64,000 nt of DNA from Spirochaetia bacterium (GTDB lineage: Bacteria; Spirochaetota; Spirochaetia; SZUA-6; Bin103). The translations under genes were made by a program, and so were the position numbers. Shown one piece after another: positions 49,987 through 61,468 of the stretch (its first letter is position 1; each line of letters starts with the position of its first letter). The stretch is from the NCBI GenBank assembly GCA_965203905.1, contig CBDBDQ010000005.1, positions 2,880,001-2,944,000 on the forward strand, in the 5' to 3' direction. The notes beneath the pieces were generated by a model. That model had not been told where the DNA came from. It did no database searches and saw only the letters and a list, made by a program, of their open reading frames with translations.

Positions 49987-51648
49987 GTGGTTTTCAAGGA
50001 ACATCAGACGCCACGTAAGCTTCGTGGTGGATACTACACACCACCTGAGCTTACAGACTTTCTCTGCCGCTGGGTAGCAAGGATTCGTCCAACCTCCCTC
50101 CTTGAACCAAGTTGTGGAGATGGGGCGTTCTTCGATAGCATTTCACGTCACCTCGATAATCCGTCTTTAGTCGCATTTGAGATAGACGACGGCGAGGCGG
50201 TACGAGCGCGTCAGAAAGCAAGCACTAATGGATTGACTCGAACAACGATCGAGACCAAGGATTTCCTTGGTTGGGCGTCGGAGGCGCTTCTGAACAAGAG
50301 TGCTGTATTCGACGCTATAGTCGGGAACCCTCCATTTATCCGCTATCAGTATCTCCCGCCTCGGTTCCAGCAACGTGCTGAGTTGGTATTCCGAGTGTTG
50401 GACTGCAAATTTACGCGACACACTAACGCTTGGGTGCCATTCGTGCTGGCGTCGTTAGCCTTGCTTCGGCCCGGTGGACGCATAGGGCTTGTAGTACCAG
50501 CAGAGATCATTCATGTCATGCACGCTCAATCTTTGCGAACTTATCTCGCTAGGAATTGCCAGCGTGTCGTAATCGTCGATCCAGAGGAACTCTGGTTTCC
50601 AGACACTCTTCAAGGTGCAGTCTTACTCCTTGCGGAGAAGCGTCGTGATTCTTGGGATCATGTAGAGGGAGTCGGGATCTACACTGTTCGAGGCATGGAG
50701 TTCGTAAACGATGATCCCGATCGGGTTTTCTATGGTGCTCAGACTAGCAATGGGAGGTCTATTCACGGTAAGTGGACTACCGCCCTTGTGGAACCTTACA
50801 TGCGTACGCTGCTAGACGCCTTGGCTGAGAACGAGGCCGTGCGACGTTTCGAGGATATCGCCGACGTAGATGTTGGGATAGTGACGGGAGCAAACAAGTT
50901 CTTTCTTGTGCCGGACGAGACGATCCGCACGTATGGTTTGGAGCAGTGGGCGCATCCGATGTTTGGACGGAGCGAACACTGTCCCGGCGTTATTTATGAT
51001 AATCAGCAGCACCAAGCGAACGCTGCACGGGGCAGTGCGACGAATTTCCTGTGGTTCCCCGACTCGGAGATCGAGAGCCATTCTGGGGCGCTAGCCTATG
51101 TCCGCAAGGGAGAAAACAGCCGACTTCATGTGCGCTATAAGTGTCGTATACGAAATCCTTGGTACAGCGTTCCATCGGTATATTCGACAGAGATTGGGAT
51201 GCTGAAGCGGGCACACAATACACCGCGGCTGATACTTAACAGCTTACGGGCATATACAACAGACACGGCGTACCGGGTGCGTATAAAGCAAGGCAGCAGC
51301 GAACAGCTCGTATATTGCTTTGTGAATGCACTTACCGCGCTGACGGCCGAACTCGTGGGGCGACACTACGGCGGTGGCGTACTTGAGCTTGTCCCGTCCG
51401 AGATCGAGAACCTATGGATCCCATTGCCATCCATAGTCGACGTGAATCTGGTGTTGTTGGATAGAATAGTTCGCACCTCGTCAATCGAGTCAGTTCTTGA
51501 GCAGCAGTCGAGACATGTTCTCGGCGCAATCGGCCTTCGCCCATACGAACAAGACGAACTACTCAGTTCATGGAAGAAACTCCGAGATCGACGCCACCGA
51601 AACATGTCTGGAGAACAAGACCGTACACCTAATCTATTTCCAGCGTGA
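49987..51648 (+). CDS. N6-adenine DNA methyltransferase, gamma class
   Basis: GGYYTP, LEPSCGDG (motif I) before GNPPF (motif IV), YGGGVLEL. Confidence 0.9.
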   Translation: MVFKEHQTPRKLRGGYYTPPELTDFLCRWVARIRPTSLLEPSCGDGAFFDSISRHLDNPSLVAFEIDDGEAVRARQKASTNGLTRTTIETKDFLGWASEALLNKSAVFDAIVGNPPFIRYQYLPPRFQQRAELVFRVLDCKFTRHTNAWVPFVLASLALLRPGGRIGLVVPAEIIHVMHAQSLRTYLARNCQRVVIVDPEELWFPDTLQGAVLLLAEKRRDSWDHVEGVGIYTVRGMEFVNDDPDRVFYGAQTSNGRSIHGKWTTALVEPYMRTLLDALAENEAVRRFEDIADVDVGIVTGANKFFLVPDETIRTYGLEQWAHPMFGRSEHCPGVIYDNQQHQANAARGSATNFLWFPDSEIESHSGALAYVRKGENSRLHVRYKCRIRNPWYSVPSVYSTEIGMLKRAHNTPRLILNSLRAYTTDTAYRVRIKQGSSEQLVYCFVNALTALTAELVGRHYGGGVLELVPSEIENLWIPLPSIVDVNLVLLDRIVRTSSIESVLEQQSRHVLGAIGLRPYEQDELLSSWKKLRDRRHRNMSGEQDRTPNLFPA

Positions 51649-52783
51649 AGTGGTCCGTCTCTTGGTACAGATACATCGATCGTCCGATAAGATCTTCTTT
51701 GGCAATCATATTCCGCACCTCGCCCCAGTGTAGCTGTGTCATGCTGTTTCCTTGACTATACGTCCGAGTGTCGGTGCGAGTATTGTGAGAGACCCGTAGG
51801 TTGAATATACCGTAATCGACATTACGTACAACAATCCTGAATCTAGCATCCGCGCGTTCGTAGTGCGTGAGCGTAGCGTCGATTATCCACGGCAAGCTTG
51901 AGAACACATCGTCTCGAAAATAGTGTCGTTGATCGATTCCCTCGATAGCTCCTTTCGAGAATAGCATTGATCCAGTGGGATTGGTGCTCGATGCAGTTGG
52001 TATATTTAGGTCTCGACGTGTGAGCGGGTTACTCTGCCACACAAGTTTCGAACGTAGCCTCGCATCAGAATCTCCTATGAGTTCCGCATCTTCAGGCGAC
52101 TGGTCCATTCTTTTTCTGCGGAAAGGAAACGCCGGCGTCTTGAGCGGCATTCTATTCAGCACATCTATCTCTGAGTAACTCGATCGCATTGTATGCTCTG
52201 GTGCAGGATCTGCCATCTCATCGACCACACGACCAGAATCAAAAAAACGCCGGATATCTTTGATATCGGAAATCAGACAAACGTGATCAGTGTACTCTGC
52301 CACAAGTTGTTGAAACACACCTTCGAGCTTCGAAGAAACGGCAGCGTCGCTATCGTTACATAACTCTAGCGTCAACGCAAGGCTAGCCTCTACATTTGAA
52401 ACTAGTCCGCCGAAAGTTAGGTTAGCACTACCAACTACTATGCGTGCTTCCTCACGGTTCCGCGCATAGTATACCTTAGGATGGAAGACGATGTTGCGAG
52501 ATCCGGTGTCGACAGTGTAAGTCCGGCAGCCTATGTCCATGCTCAATCTGAGCGCCTGTGCCGAAGTTATTCCGTTTCGAATACCCGCAAATACCGTTGT
52601 CGACTCTGCGATGGGTTCTATCGTGTCTTGCAGGATGGAGAGACCAGCCTTCGTCATGAACGCAGTGCTCAGCACTATCATCTGCGGCTCTGGAAGAGAT
52701 AGCAGGCTTTTTAGTAGGGCTAGGTGATTGTCGTGGACGACACCCTGTAGGAGGAACTTGGTCTTAGGCACTTTCGCTGACAC
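51629..52783 (-). CDS. PLD-family (HKD) restriction endonuclease
   Basis: FHPKVY, VGSANLT, NVEAS; convergent with the MTase. Confidence 0.8.
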   Translation of the reverse strand: MSAKVPKTKFLLQGVVHDNHLALLKSLLSLPEPQMIVLSTAFMTKAGLSILQDTIEPIAESTTVFAGIRNGITSAQALRLSMDIGCRTYTVDTGSRNIVFHPKVYYARNREEARIVVGSANLTFGGLVSNVEASLALTLELCNDSDAAVSSKLEGVFQQLVAEYTDHVCLISDIKDIRRFFDSGRVVDEMADPAPEHTMRSSYSEIDVLNRMPLKTPAFPFRRKRMDQSPEDAELIGDSDARLRSKLVWQSNPLTRRDLNIPTASSTNPTGSMLFSKGAIEGIDQRHYFRDDVFSSLPWIIDATLTHYERADARFRIVVRNVDYGIFNLRVSHNTRTDTRTYSQGNSMTQLHWGEVRNMIAKEDLIGRSMYLYQETDHFTLEID

Positions 52784-53017
52784 GATGGTTCGGTACGGAT
52801 TTATACAATAGTGTCGGCATTGGGCCCTGCGGAGGTTAGCCGTTTACTCGCTACTCTCGGCCGCATGTAATTTCGGCTATCTTCAGGATAGGACGAAACC
52901 GTGCGGGGCGTAGAGACAACGTACAGGAATGCGCGTTAACGTAGCAATCAGGTCAGGGCCTACGAACAGCGTGCGGGTGGCCTGATGCGTTTGCGTCGAA
53001 GAAATTGAAACTGGACC

Positions 53018-53634
53018 GACTCTGACCGTGCCGTCGTTCCACAGCTACGGCGCCCCCAAGGAGGTGCGCGGGCACCTCGACAAGCTGGAGGAGTACGGTT
53101 GCCCCGCCGCAGTACATGGAGCGGCGGCGCGGCACCACGGCGCCAAGTTTCGCAGCCACGCGCCACTGTTCCGCGAACGCAACGTCTGCATCTACCAACT
53201 GGGATTGGTGGCGGGGCGCACGTAGGCGTTGCTTTCACTGTGGTACACCCGCTACAGCCCGGAGCCGGGGCGCGAGCCGCGCTTGTGGCTGCACGACGTG
53301 ATGCGGTCCGACGGCTACTGCTCTACCCCGGCCGAGGCCGCCGCCCTGCGCCAACACCCCCGGCGAGGGCCTCGGCGCTGGAGCCGATGTCGATAACGCC
53401 GAAGCTGCTGGAGCACCCAGAAAAGCTTCAGATTGATCAACCGCCTATGGCCCCGTCGGCCACGACGTGGCCGCACAGCTGGGCGAGGCCCTCGGCTACG
53501 AAACTGCCGATCGCTAACGGCATGCGCATACTTATAGCCGCGACCGTGAACCACGCCGAGCTCGCCGCATCAAGCACTACCCCGACACCGAGAAGTGCAT
53601 GCTGATCGGAGTCCCGACAGCCAGCCGAGATACC
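53018..53634 (+). pseudogene. Heavily decayed internal copy of the GH-A/cupin gene (matches ~48760-49380)
   Basis: SFHSYG, RHHGAKF, LFRERNV, TGGTACACCCGCTACAGCCCGGAGCCGG retained; many stops and indels. Confidence 0.85.
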
Positions 53635-53838
53635 CTGTCGTGACGATAGTGCGGTCGACGCCCCTATGACGATCTAGTGTAGTCCGCGAACAGAACCTGC
53701 GCCACTCACGCCTGTCCCGCCAACGCACACTATGAGCGTCACAGTCCATCACGGACGCTCCTTGCTTGCGACGCCACCGGCTGCTTTATTGTCGTAACAC
53801 CTACCACTGTCCCAACAAAATCGCAACAAGGCAAGTCA

Positions 53839-56015
53839 ATGACCAGTATCACCGTTTCCCTCAAGAATTGCTACGGTATTCGTAAGCTTGATCACCGATT
53901 CGACTTCCGCGACCGAGACGCATATTCTATATACGCTCCGAACGGCTCTATGAAGTCCTCTTTTGCCCAGACTTTCAAGGATCTTGCCGAAGGAACATCA
54001 TCTTGCGACAGGATTTTCCCGTCACGCGAAACGACGCGTCTGATTATAGATGAAACAGGCACGGAAATATCAAACGAACAAATCCTCGTCCTACCGCCAT
54101 ACGACGAGTTTTTAGCCACAACGAAAAGACCTCCACTCTACTCGTAAACAACACCCTCCGCCAAGAATACGAACTACTGCACGCGGACATCGAGAAGTCG
54201 AAGACTGATTTCCTATCTGCTATGAAGGACCAGTCAAGATCAAGGAAGCCGCTCGAGGCCGAAATCGCGCTGACCTTCACGAAAGGAAATGATGAAGAAT
54301 CTTTCTACGTCGCTCTTGAACGCATTGCTCCTGAGATAGAAGACCAGTCCCACGCACCATTTGCCGACGTTCCCTACGACATAGTATTTGATCCCAAGGT
54401 ACTCGAAGCACTCGCGTCAAGCGATTTACGATCCGCTATCGAAGACTACATTACTCGCTATAATCAGGTAATTGAGTCTTCCAAATACTTTGCTCAGGGT
54501 ATCTTCGAACATTACAACGCAGCTCAGATTGCCAAGAACCTTGCTTCCAATGGGTTCTTCAGTGCCCGACACACAGTTACTCTAAACGCTACCAAAAAAA
54601 TGGTGATATCCTCCAAGAAGCAGCTCGAGGACCTAGTCGCGGGTGAGCTATCTGAGATCACAAAAGACAGCCAGCTGAAGAAACGTTTCGCGGCTGTCCG
54701 AAAACAGTTGGAACGCAACCTGCAACTACGTCAGTTCCAGCGATACCTGTGTTCCAACGTCCTACTTCTCCCACACCTTTCTAACGTGGAGCTTTTTAGG
54801 GAACAAGTGTGGAAGTCATATTTCAAAGCTAAGGAGCCTGTATACGCCGAACTCCTGTCAAAGTACAGGATGGTCAAGGCTCGTCGTAAGGAAATCGAAC
54901 AGGAGGCACAGAAAGAGCAAACGCTGTGGGAAGACGCGATCCATCTCTTCAACGATCGATTTTTTGTACCCTTCACGCTCTACGCCAAGAACAAAGCGGC
55001 CGTGATGTTGCGGGGCGAAGACGACCTTGAGCTCGGGTATAGGTTTCGGGACGGCAATGATGAGGTCGAGGTGCCGCGCGACGAGCTGATGAAAACCCTT
55101 AGTCAGGGCGAGAAGAAGGCTCTCTATATTCTAAACATAATTTTCGAGATAGAAGTTCGTCGGAAGAACCAACAAGAGACACTATTCGTGGTTGACGACA
55201 TAGCAGATTCCTTTGACTATAAGAACAAGTACGCTATCATACAATACCTTCAGGATGTCTCGGATGTGCCGAATTTTCGACAGATCATATTGACGCACAA
55301 CTTCGACTTCTTTAGGACGATTAGCAGTCGGTTCGTGGGTTACGCCGGATGTCTGACGGCAACGAAGTCGAGTGACGGGGTGGCGCTGTCCCAGGCGTTT
55401 GGGATTCGGAACCCGTTTCTGCGTGATTGGAAGCACGAGTTCTTCGTTGATCCCAAGAAGCGGATCGCATCGATCTCGTTCATGCGCAACCTTGTCGAGC
55501 ACGTATTCGGCGAGTCGGATCCAAACTACTTACGACTGACATCGCTTCTACATTGGAAGACTGACTCGCTAGCCATAACACAGTCAGATCTGGATAGGAT
55601 CTACGCGAATGTTTTTTCTTCAAACGGGTCGCGGTTCACGAACGGAAATGAACCCGTGGTTGATATGATCAAGAGGGAGGCGAACGATTGCCTCAGCGCG
55701 CGTTCCGGAATCAATTTCGAAAACAAGATCGTGCTCTCGATCGCCATTAGATTGAGCTCGGAGCGTTTCATGGCTGGCATGATTAGTGACTCTGTGTTTC
55801 TCGCCGAACTTGGAAGGAATCAAACGAATGCTCTCTTGAAGAGGTTCATACAAGATTTTGGATACCGTGACGAACAGATACGCATATTGAGGAAGGTCAT
55901 GCTCATGACGCCAGAGCATATACACCTTAACGCGTTTATGTATGAGCCTATTCTCGATATGTCAGATGATTCGCTGAGAGCATTGTACCGTGAAGTACAG
56001 AACCTGTCGCTTTGA
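53839..56015 (+). CDS. ABC/AAA ATPase (RloC/PrrC-like architecture), frameshift at T5 54109-54113
   Basis: YAPNGSMKSS, LSQGEK, VVDDIADSFD, LTHNFDF; one extra T joins the two ORFs. Confidence 0.78.
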
Positions 56016-56150
56016 TTTGAGCGGGTCTTGACTCGCCTGCAACCGGTGATGGTTCCGGTGGGATGCACGATCTGGTGCACTCTCTATTGGTTGAAAGAGG
56101 GGATGGTTGGCGCGGCCCGGAGTGAGTCCGTGGCTCAATGTGGCACGAAT

Positions 56151-58088
56151 GGCCTGTGGATGCCGCTGGTGGACTGCTCGCTGGACATGGGCCCGCTGCG
56201 CTTCGTGGCCGGCTCCCACAAGTACGGCAACCTGGAAGGCATGTCGATCAGCGAGGAGTCGAGACGCTTCTTCGACGACTTCATCGAGCGCGAGGGGCTG
56301 GAGGTGGTGCAGGTGCCCGGTCTCAAGGCGGGCGACTGCTCCATCCACCTGGGCTGGACCGTGCACGGCGCGCCGGCAAACCGCACCGACAAGGTGCGCG
56401 AGGCGATGACCGCCAACTACTTTCCCGACGGCGCCCGCATCACCGACATGTCGCGCTCGCCGGACGGGCTGCGTTTTGTCGGTGGCCTGCTGCCGGGCCA
56501 GCTCGCCAACGGCGCCATGAACCCGATCGTGTATTCCGAGAAGGGCGCGGAGGCTCAGACCAAGTGAAGGAGCAGTGGAGCGCCGAGCAGGCCAACGAGT
56601 GGTTCGCGTCGATCCCGTTGCCGTTCGGCTGCAACTTCCTGCCGAGCACGGCGGTGAACAGCACCGAGATGTGGCAGGCGGAGACCTTCGACGCCGCCAC
56701 CATCGAGCGCGAGCTGCAGCTCGTTGGCCGGGCTCGGCTACAACACGGTGCGCGTGTTCCTGCAGTTCATGGTGTGGGAGGCCGACCCGGCCGGCCACAA
56801 CGAGCGCCTGGAGATTTTCTTGAGGTTGGCCGACGTGGCCGGCATCACGATGATGCCGATCCTGTTCGACGACTGCCGCTTCGACGACCGCGACCCCTAC
56901 CCGGGGCGCCAGGACGACCCCAAGCCGGGGGTGCACAACAGCCGCTGGACACCGAGCCCCGGCTACGTCACCGCCGATGACCCCTCACGCTGGCCGCAAC
57001 TCGAAGCCTACGTCAGCGACGTGGTCGGAGCTTTTGCCAGCGACCGCCGGGTGCTGGTGTGGGACCTGTACAACGAGCCGGGCGGGGACCGCCCCAAGGA
57101 GAGCCTGCCGCTGGTGGAGGCGGCATTCCGCTGGGCGCGCGCCGCCGATCCGCGGCAGCCGCTGACCGTGGGCTCGTTCTTCTGGCACGACTACATGACC
57201 GAGATCCGGCTGTGCGGGGAACGCAACTCCGACGTGGTGTCGTTCCACAGCTACGGCAACCTGCACGAGGTGCGCGAGCGCCTCGACGAGCTGGCGCGCT
57301 ACGGCCGCCCGCTGCTGTGCACGGAGTGGCTGGCGCGCCACCACGGCTCCAAGTTCGCCAGCCACCTGCCGTTGTTCCGCGAGCGCAACGTCGGCGTCTA
57401 CCAGTGGGGCCTGGTGGCAGGCCGCACCCAGACCTGGCTGCACTGGTACACCCGCTACAGCCCGGAGCCGGAGGGCGAGCCGCGCCTGTGGCTGCACGAC
57501 GTGATTCGGCCCGACGGCTCGCTGTTCGACCCGACCGAGGCCATCGTGCTGCGCGAACACGCCGGCGAGGACCTGGCACTGGAGCCGGTGCCGATGACCG
57601 CGCAACTCATGGCCCACCTGGAGGAGCTGGGACTGGTCATCCGCCTGCGCCCCGGCGGCCACGACCTGGCGGCGCAGCCGGGCGAGACGCTGGGCGAGTC
57701 GATCTACGAGACCGCCGACCGCTACGGCCCGCACAAGCTGATCGCCGTCACCGTGAACCGCGCCGAGTTCGCCGCCTTCGGCAGCCACCCCGACAACGAG
57801 GAGTTCCTGCTGCTCGGCAACCCCGACAGCCAGCCGATGTACCTCGCCGTGGCCCTGTGCCTGCGCGAGGAATTCGAGGAAAAGGTCAAGACCGGCCGCC
57901 TGTCAGCCTCCGACTTGGTGATGATCGAGTGCCGCTACAACGACCCCGAGGTGAGCTTCTTCGTGATGCGCGCCGACGTCCCCCACGGCGAGGCGATCGT
58001 CCCGGCAGCGGGCAAGCCGCCCCCCAGCTTCTACGTCACCGAATCCCGCGACCTTCCCCTGGACCTCATCGACCTCCGCAAGTACCGC
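56151..58088 (+). repeat. Near-identical direct repeat of 47687-49623 (5'-truncated phyH plus GH-A/cupin with +1 frameshift near 56723)
   Basis: Colinear from GGCCTGTGGATGCCG to AAGTACCGC; 1938 vs 1937 bp. Confidence 0.95.
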
Positions 58089-58523
58089 ATGCGTATAACG
58101 ATCACCCGAGTCTCGCAACGCCCCGTACCACTTCCCACCCTCAGCGACCACTCCAGCACGTAGCGCTTCAAGCACCGTCATTACGGGCTTTGACCGAACT
58201 GCGGTCGCGCATACGACGCAGGTAGGAGGGGTCACCTGGGCCGCACCGGCCTCCACCTCCCAAAGCACAGAGGCCGATTTGGTCGAACCGGACAGCGCCC
58301 ATCCCCCTCCGACCCTCCCAACCGCGGCTGCTGACGCACCTCCTTACGGACCGCCACCATAGTCACCGTCCGATCGAAACGAAGCGATGTGAAGCAGCTG
58401 GGCACGATGCTACCCGTCATCGCACTCCAGAACCGGCACACTCCACTCGCAACGCCCCATACCATAGCTTGCACCATGCTAGGCGTCGATCTATCCTATG
58501 CCATACGGAGGACGCAAATCGCA

Positions 58524-60953
58524 ATGACCGTGGCCGATGAAAGCCCAGAACTACTACTTAGCATTCCCCAGTCCGAGAAAATAAAACGGCTGTCCAACAT
58601 GTCAGAGCAGGACTTTCGCGACAAGATCGTTCGGCCCCTGTTCCTTATGTTAGGATACCAAGACGGACGCGAATTGCACGGCCCCGACGAGCAAGGGAAA
58701 GATATCCTATTTGTCGAAGAAGACAAGCTCGGCGGAAAACGGATCATATGTGTGCAAACAAAAAAGGGAAAGATCACCATGGCGTCAAGACACTCTGAAA
58801 ACATACAGGACGTCATTACACAACTTCGCATGGCGTTGAATACTCGCGTATCACACCTTGAGAGCAGACAGCAATACTATCCTCATGACGTCTTTCTTTG
58901 TACCAGCGGGATCATCAATACGAACGCACGTCGTCATATAGTAACCGAACTGGACCGGGACCGACGGATAGAATTCCTGGATGCGCAATCGATAGTCAAT
59001 CTCGTCGACCAGAAATGCCCACAACTATGGCAGGGAATTAGTGCTGATATCTTCGCGCACTACGATACGATTCGCAAGCATGTCGAGTACAATACGTCGG
59101 ATATTATCGATCCGGGAGCGGCTAACGATGCTACTTTCGTGCAGCTTACATTTTATCGCGAAATAGAGAAGCCAGTAAAGAAGGGTGGCAATGTCCGTAG
59201 TGGACTTGAGTTCGAAGAAAAGAAGATCCATGACCTCATACACCAAGACGCTGCCACGGTGCTGATTGTCGGTGATGCCGGCAGCGGAAAGAGCACGGCT
59301 CTGTGGCGCATCGCGTATGAGATTGTGCGTCAAGACCGTGGCAGGGGATACCGAATCCCAATACTCCTGTTCTCCCGCGACCTTTCGCACAAGATCTCGA
59401 GTACTGAAGATGTGGTCGCCGAAATGCAGCGTCTATCGTGCGAGTTTTCATCGGTCAAGCAGGATCTCTTCCAATCGCGAGACATCGCCGAGGGTCGCAT
59501 CACGCTCCTAGTCGACGGAGTAGATGAGATTGCTGACTCCGTACGGCGCAATAGACTCGTACAAATCTTGTGTGAATTCCGAACCAAGTATCCGAGATGT
59601 TCGGTAATTGTAACAACGCGGCCAGACGGGAAGACCAAACAGTACTTCCGGGAGCACCGCCTAAAGATCTACAACGTGGCGCCTATCAGTTGGCGCCAAG
59701 TGAGAAGGATCATCACGCAGGTGCTGGCCGCCCGGCGCTTCACAGAGGGACAGTTGGAGAGTATCACGAGTGGCGCCCACAACGTCTTGCGACAGATAGA
59801 GGAAGTCCACGGCTTCCAGATTACTCCGCTCCTGGCCACAGTGTATGCCGCATCGGCGGACTACTCGCGGAGTGATATCCCTGCAAATATCACTGAGCTC
59901 TTCAAGAAGTACACTGAACTCATGTTGGGTCGATGGGATGAGCAGAAGGGGCTGTCACAGCAGTACCGCGCACCGTTAAAGGACTTTATCCTCAAGAAGG
60001 TCGCCTATGAGATGCACCGCAACAGATTACTGTACGTCACACGAGAGAACTTTACCGCGATGGTGAAGGAGCTTTTGACCGAGCGGGGCCATAGATTGGA
60101 GACACAGGAGATCGAAGACGAGCTGCTTGGCCGATCGCGTCTGTTGCGAGTGAGGCGCGAGGGCGTTGGATTTGCACACGTTCTCTTACAAGAGTTCTTC
60201 GCGGGTCGCTCAATGCCACCTAACATGGTCGAATCATACGTCAGTGACTCATGGTGGACTAAATCCATTGTATTCCATTATGGTGAGAACCCGGAACATG
60301 CTGGACATCTCCGCAAAGTTCAACAGAACGTGATGCAACGTAAGGATCAGAGTACGGTGTCGTATCGTGCTATCGGATTGGGTCTTCAAGCAGCGTACTT
60401 GTCGTTGCTGTCCGATAAGGTAGCGATCTGGTTGAATGTCGTCGCAAAATTGTCGGAATTCATGGCGACATATTTCGAAGATGGTGGACAACGGAGGTTG
60501 TTTCCGCTGACGGAGATGACTGTGAGCTACCTAGGGCTTCGTGACGCGGTGGCCTTTTCTTCGTTGTCAGACAAGGACGTTAGATCTCAGGTATTGGAGC
60601 ACTTTCGTAATCGGTACAAGAAGCCCGACCATGATGTGACCGAAGCTATGCACTTTTGGTATGTCATCGCTTTGCTAGAGAGCGGATTTACAGAGCAGGC
60701 TGAGGAAATGCTGAGCCGTTACAGATTTTGCGATCTGAGATACTACTTGTGGATTGTGATGGGTGCAAGGTTTATTGAGAAAATCCTTCCGGTTAGTCGA
60801 GAACAGAAAGAGACAGCACGGAGGATTCAACAGAACTATGAAGATCATGTTCGTGAGAATATGAAAGAATTAATGCGAGAGTTTCACGATTCCATGCTAC
60901 TTGAAATGAAGGGCGAGAGAGTTGTAGAGGTTCCTGACCAAGCGGACGAGTGA
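58524..60953 (+). CDS. Restriction-endonuclease-fold plus NACHT NTPase protein
   Basis: HGPDEQGKDI..VQTK, GDAGSGKS, LLVDGVDE, TTR, TPLL, FAHVLLQEFFA. Confidence 0.85.
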   Translation: MTVADESPELLLSIPQSEKIKRLSNMSEQDFRDKIVRPLFLMLGYQDGRELHGPDEQGKDILFVEEDKLGGKRIICVQTKKGKITMASRHSENIQDVITQLRMALNTRVSHLESRQQYYPHDVFLCTSGIINTNARRHIVTELDRDRRIEFLDAQSIVNLVDQKCPQLWQGISADIFAHYDTIRKHVEYNTSDIIDPGAANDATFVQLTFYREIEKPVKKGGNVRSGLEFEEKKIHDLIHQDAATVLIVGDAGSGKSTALWRIAYEIVRQDRGRGYRIPILLFSRDLSHKISSTEDVVAEMQRLSCEFSSVKQDLFQSRDIAEGRITLLVDGVDEIADSVRRNRLVQILCEFRTKYPRCSVIVTTRPDGKTKQYFREHRLKIYNVAPISWRQVRRIITQVLAARRFTEGQLESITSGAHNVLRQIEEVHGFQITPLLATVYAASADYSRSDIPANITELFKKYTELMLGRWDEQKGLSQQYRAPLKDFILKKVAYEMHRNRLLYVTRENFTAMVKELLTERGHRLETQEIEDELLGRSRLLRVRREGVGFAHVLLQEFFAGRSMPPNMVESYVSDSWWTKSIVFHYGENPEHAGHLRKVQQNVMQRKDQSTVSYRAIGLGLQAAYLSLLSDKVAIWLNVVAKLSEFMATYFEDGGQRRLFPLTEMTVSYLGLRDAVAFSSLSDKDVRSQVLEHFRNRYKKPDHDVTEAMHFWYVIALLESGFTEQAEEMLSRYRFCDLRYYLWIVMGARFIEKILPVSREQKETARRIQQNYEDHVRENMKELMREFHDSMLLEMKGERVVEVPDQADE

Positions 60954-61468
60954 CGCGAATGGGACAATTGGGTTTTGGGAATCGTACCGTCGCCATTCCA
61001 TGCCGCTCGCGAGACGACGCGGCCGATCAGGTCCAGCTTGAGCACACCTGCACGATACGCGGTGCGACGCGATCTAGCTCACGCGGGGACATGAACCGCG
61101 CAACAAGCCCGCGGTGTCGGCAAGGCCAACGACGGCGGCGTCGCGCGGGTGCGGAATGGCGTCGCTGAACAGTATCGCCATGATCCGTCGCCTACGTCCC
61201 GGTCTGTCGCGGGGTCGCCGGTCGGGTAGCGTTGCGGCGGAAATACCCACAGGAACCGCCCCTCGCGACGATGGAGGTTGCCACGGTCGACGAGACGTTT
61301 CAATACACGGGCCCCGATGAGATGCGCCTGATCTGCTTGCGGATAGTGCAAGGGTTCGGGTAGGCTGTGCTTGTTGAACAACAAGCAACGAAGGCTGGCC
61401 TCGTGCTACCGTCTTCACGGATCCGGTGTCGGTCACCGCAGCGGGCGAGAGCGTGCTTGTGCACCTCC

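Noticed and set aside
49805-49987. 60-aa ORF as R-M controller protein
   Set aside because: No helix-turn-helix pattern and no clear RBS.
53018-53634. DGR template/variable repeat pair with the GH gene
   Set aside because: Differences include indels and all base types rather than adenine-specific changes; no reverse transcriptase.
49641-61000. Integron cassette array
   Set aside because: No intI and no recognisable attC palindromes; spacers are gene-derived repeats.
61074-61436. Short ORFs between NACHT gene and hicB remnant
   Set aside because: No RBS or recognisable motifs; likely decayed sequence, with only a faint VFTDPVS HicA-like trace.
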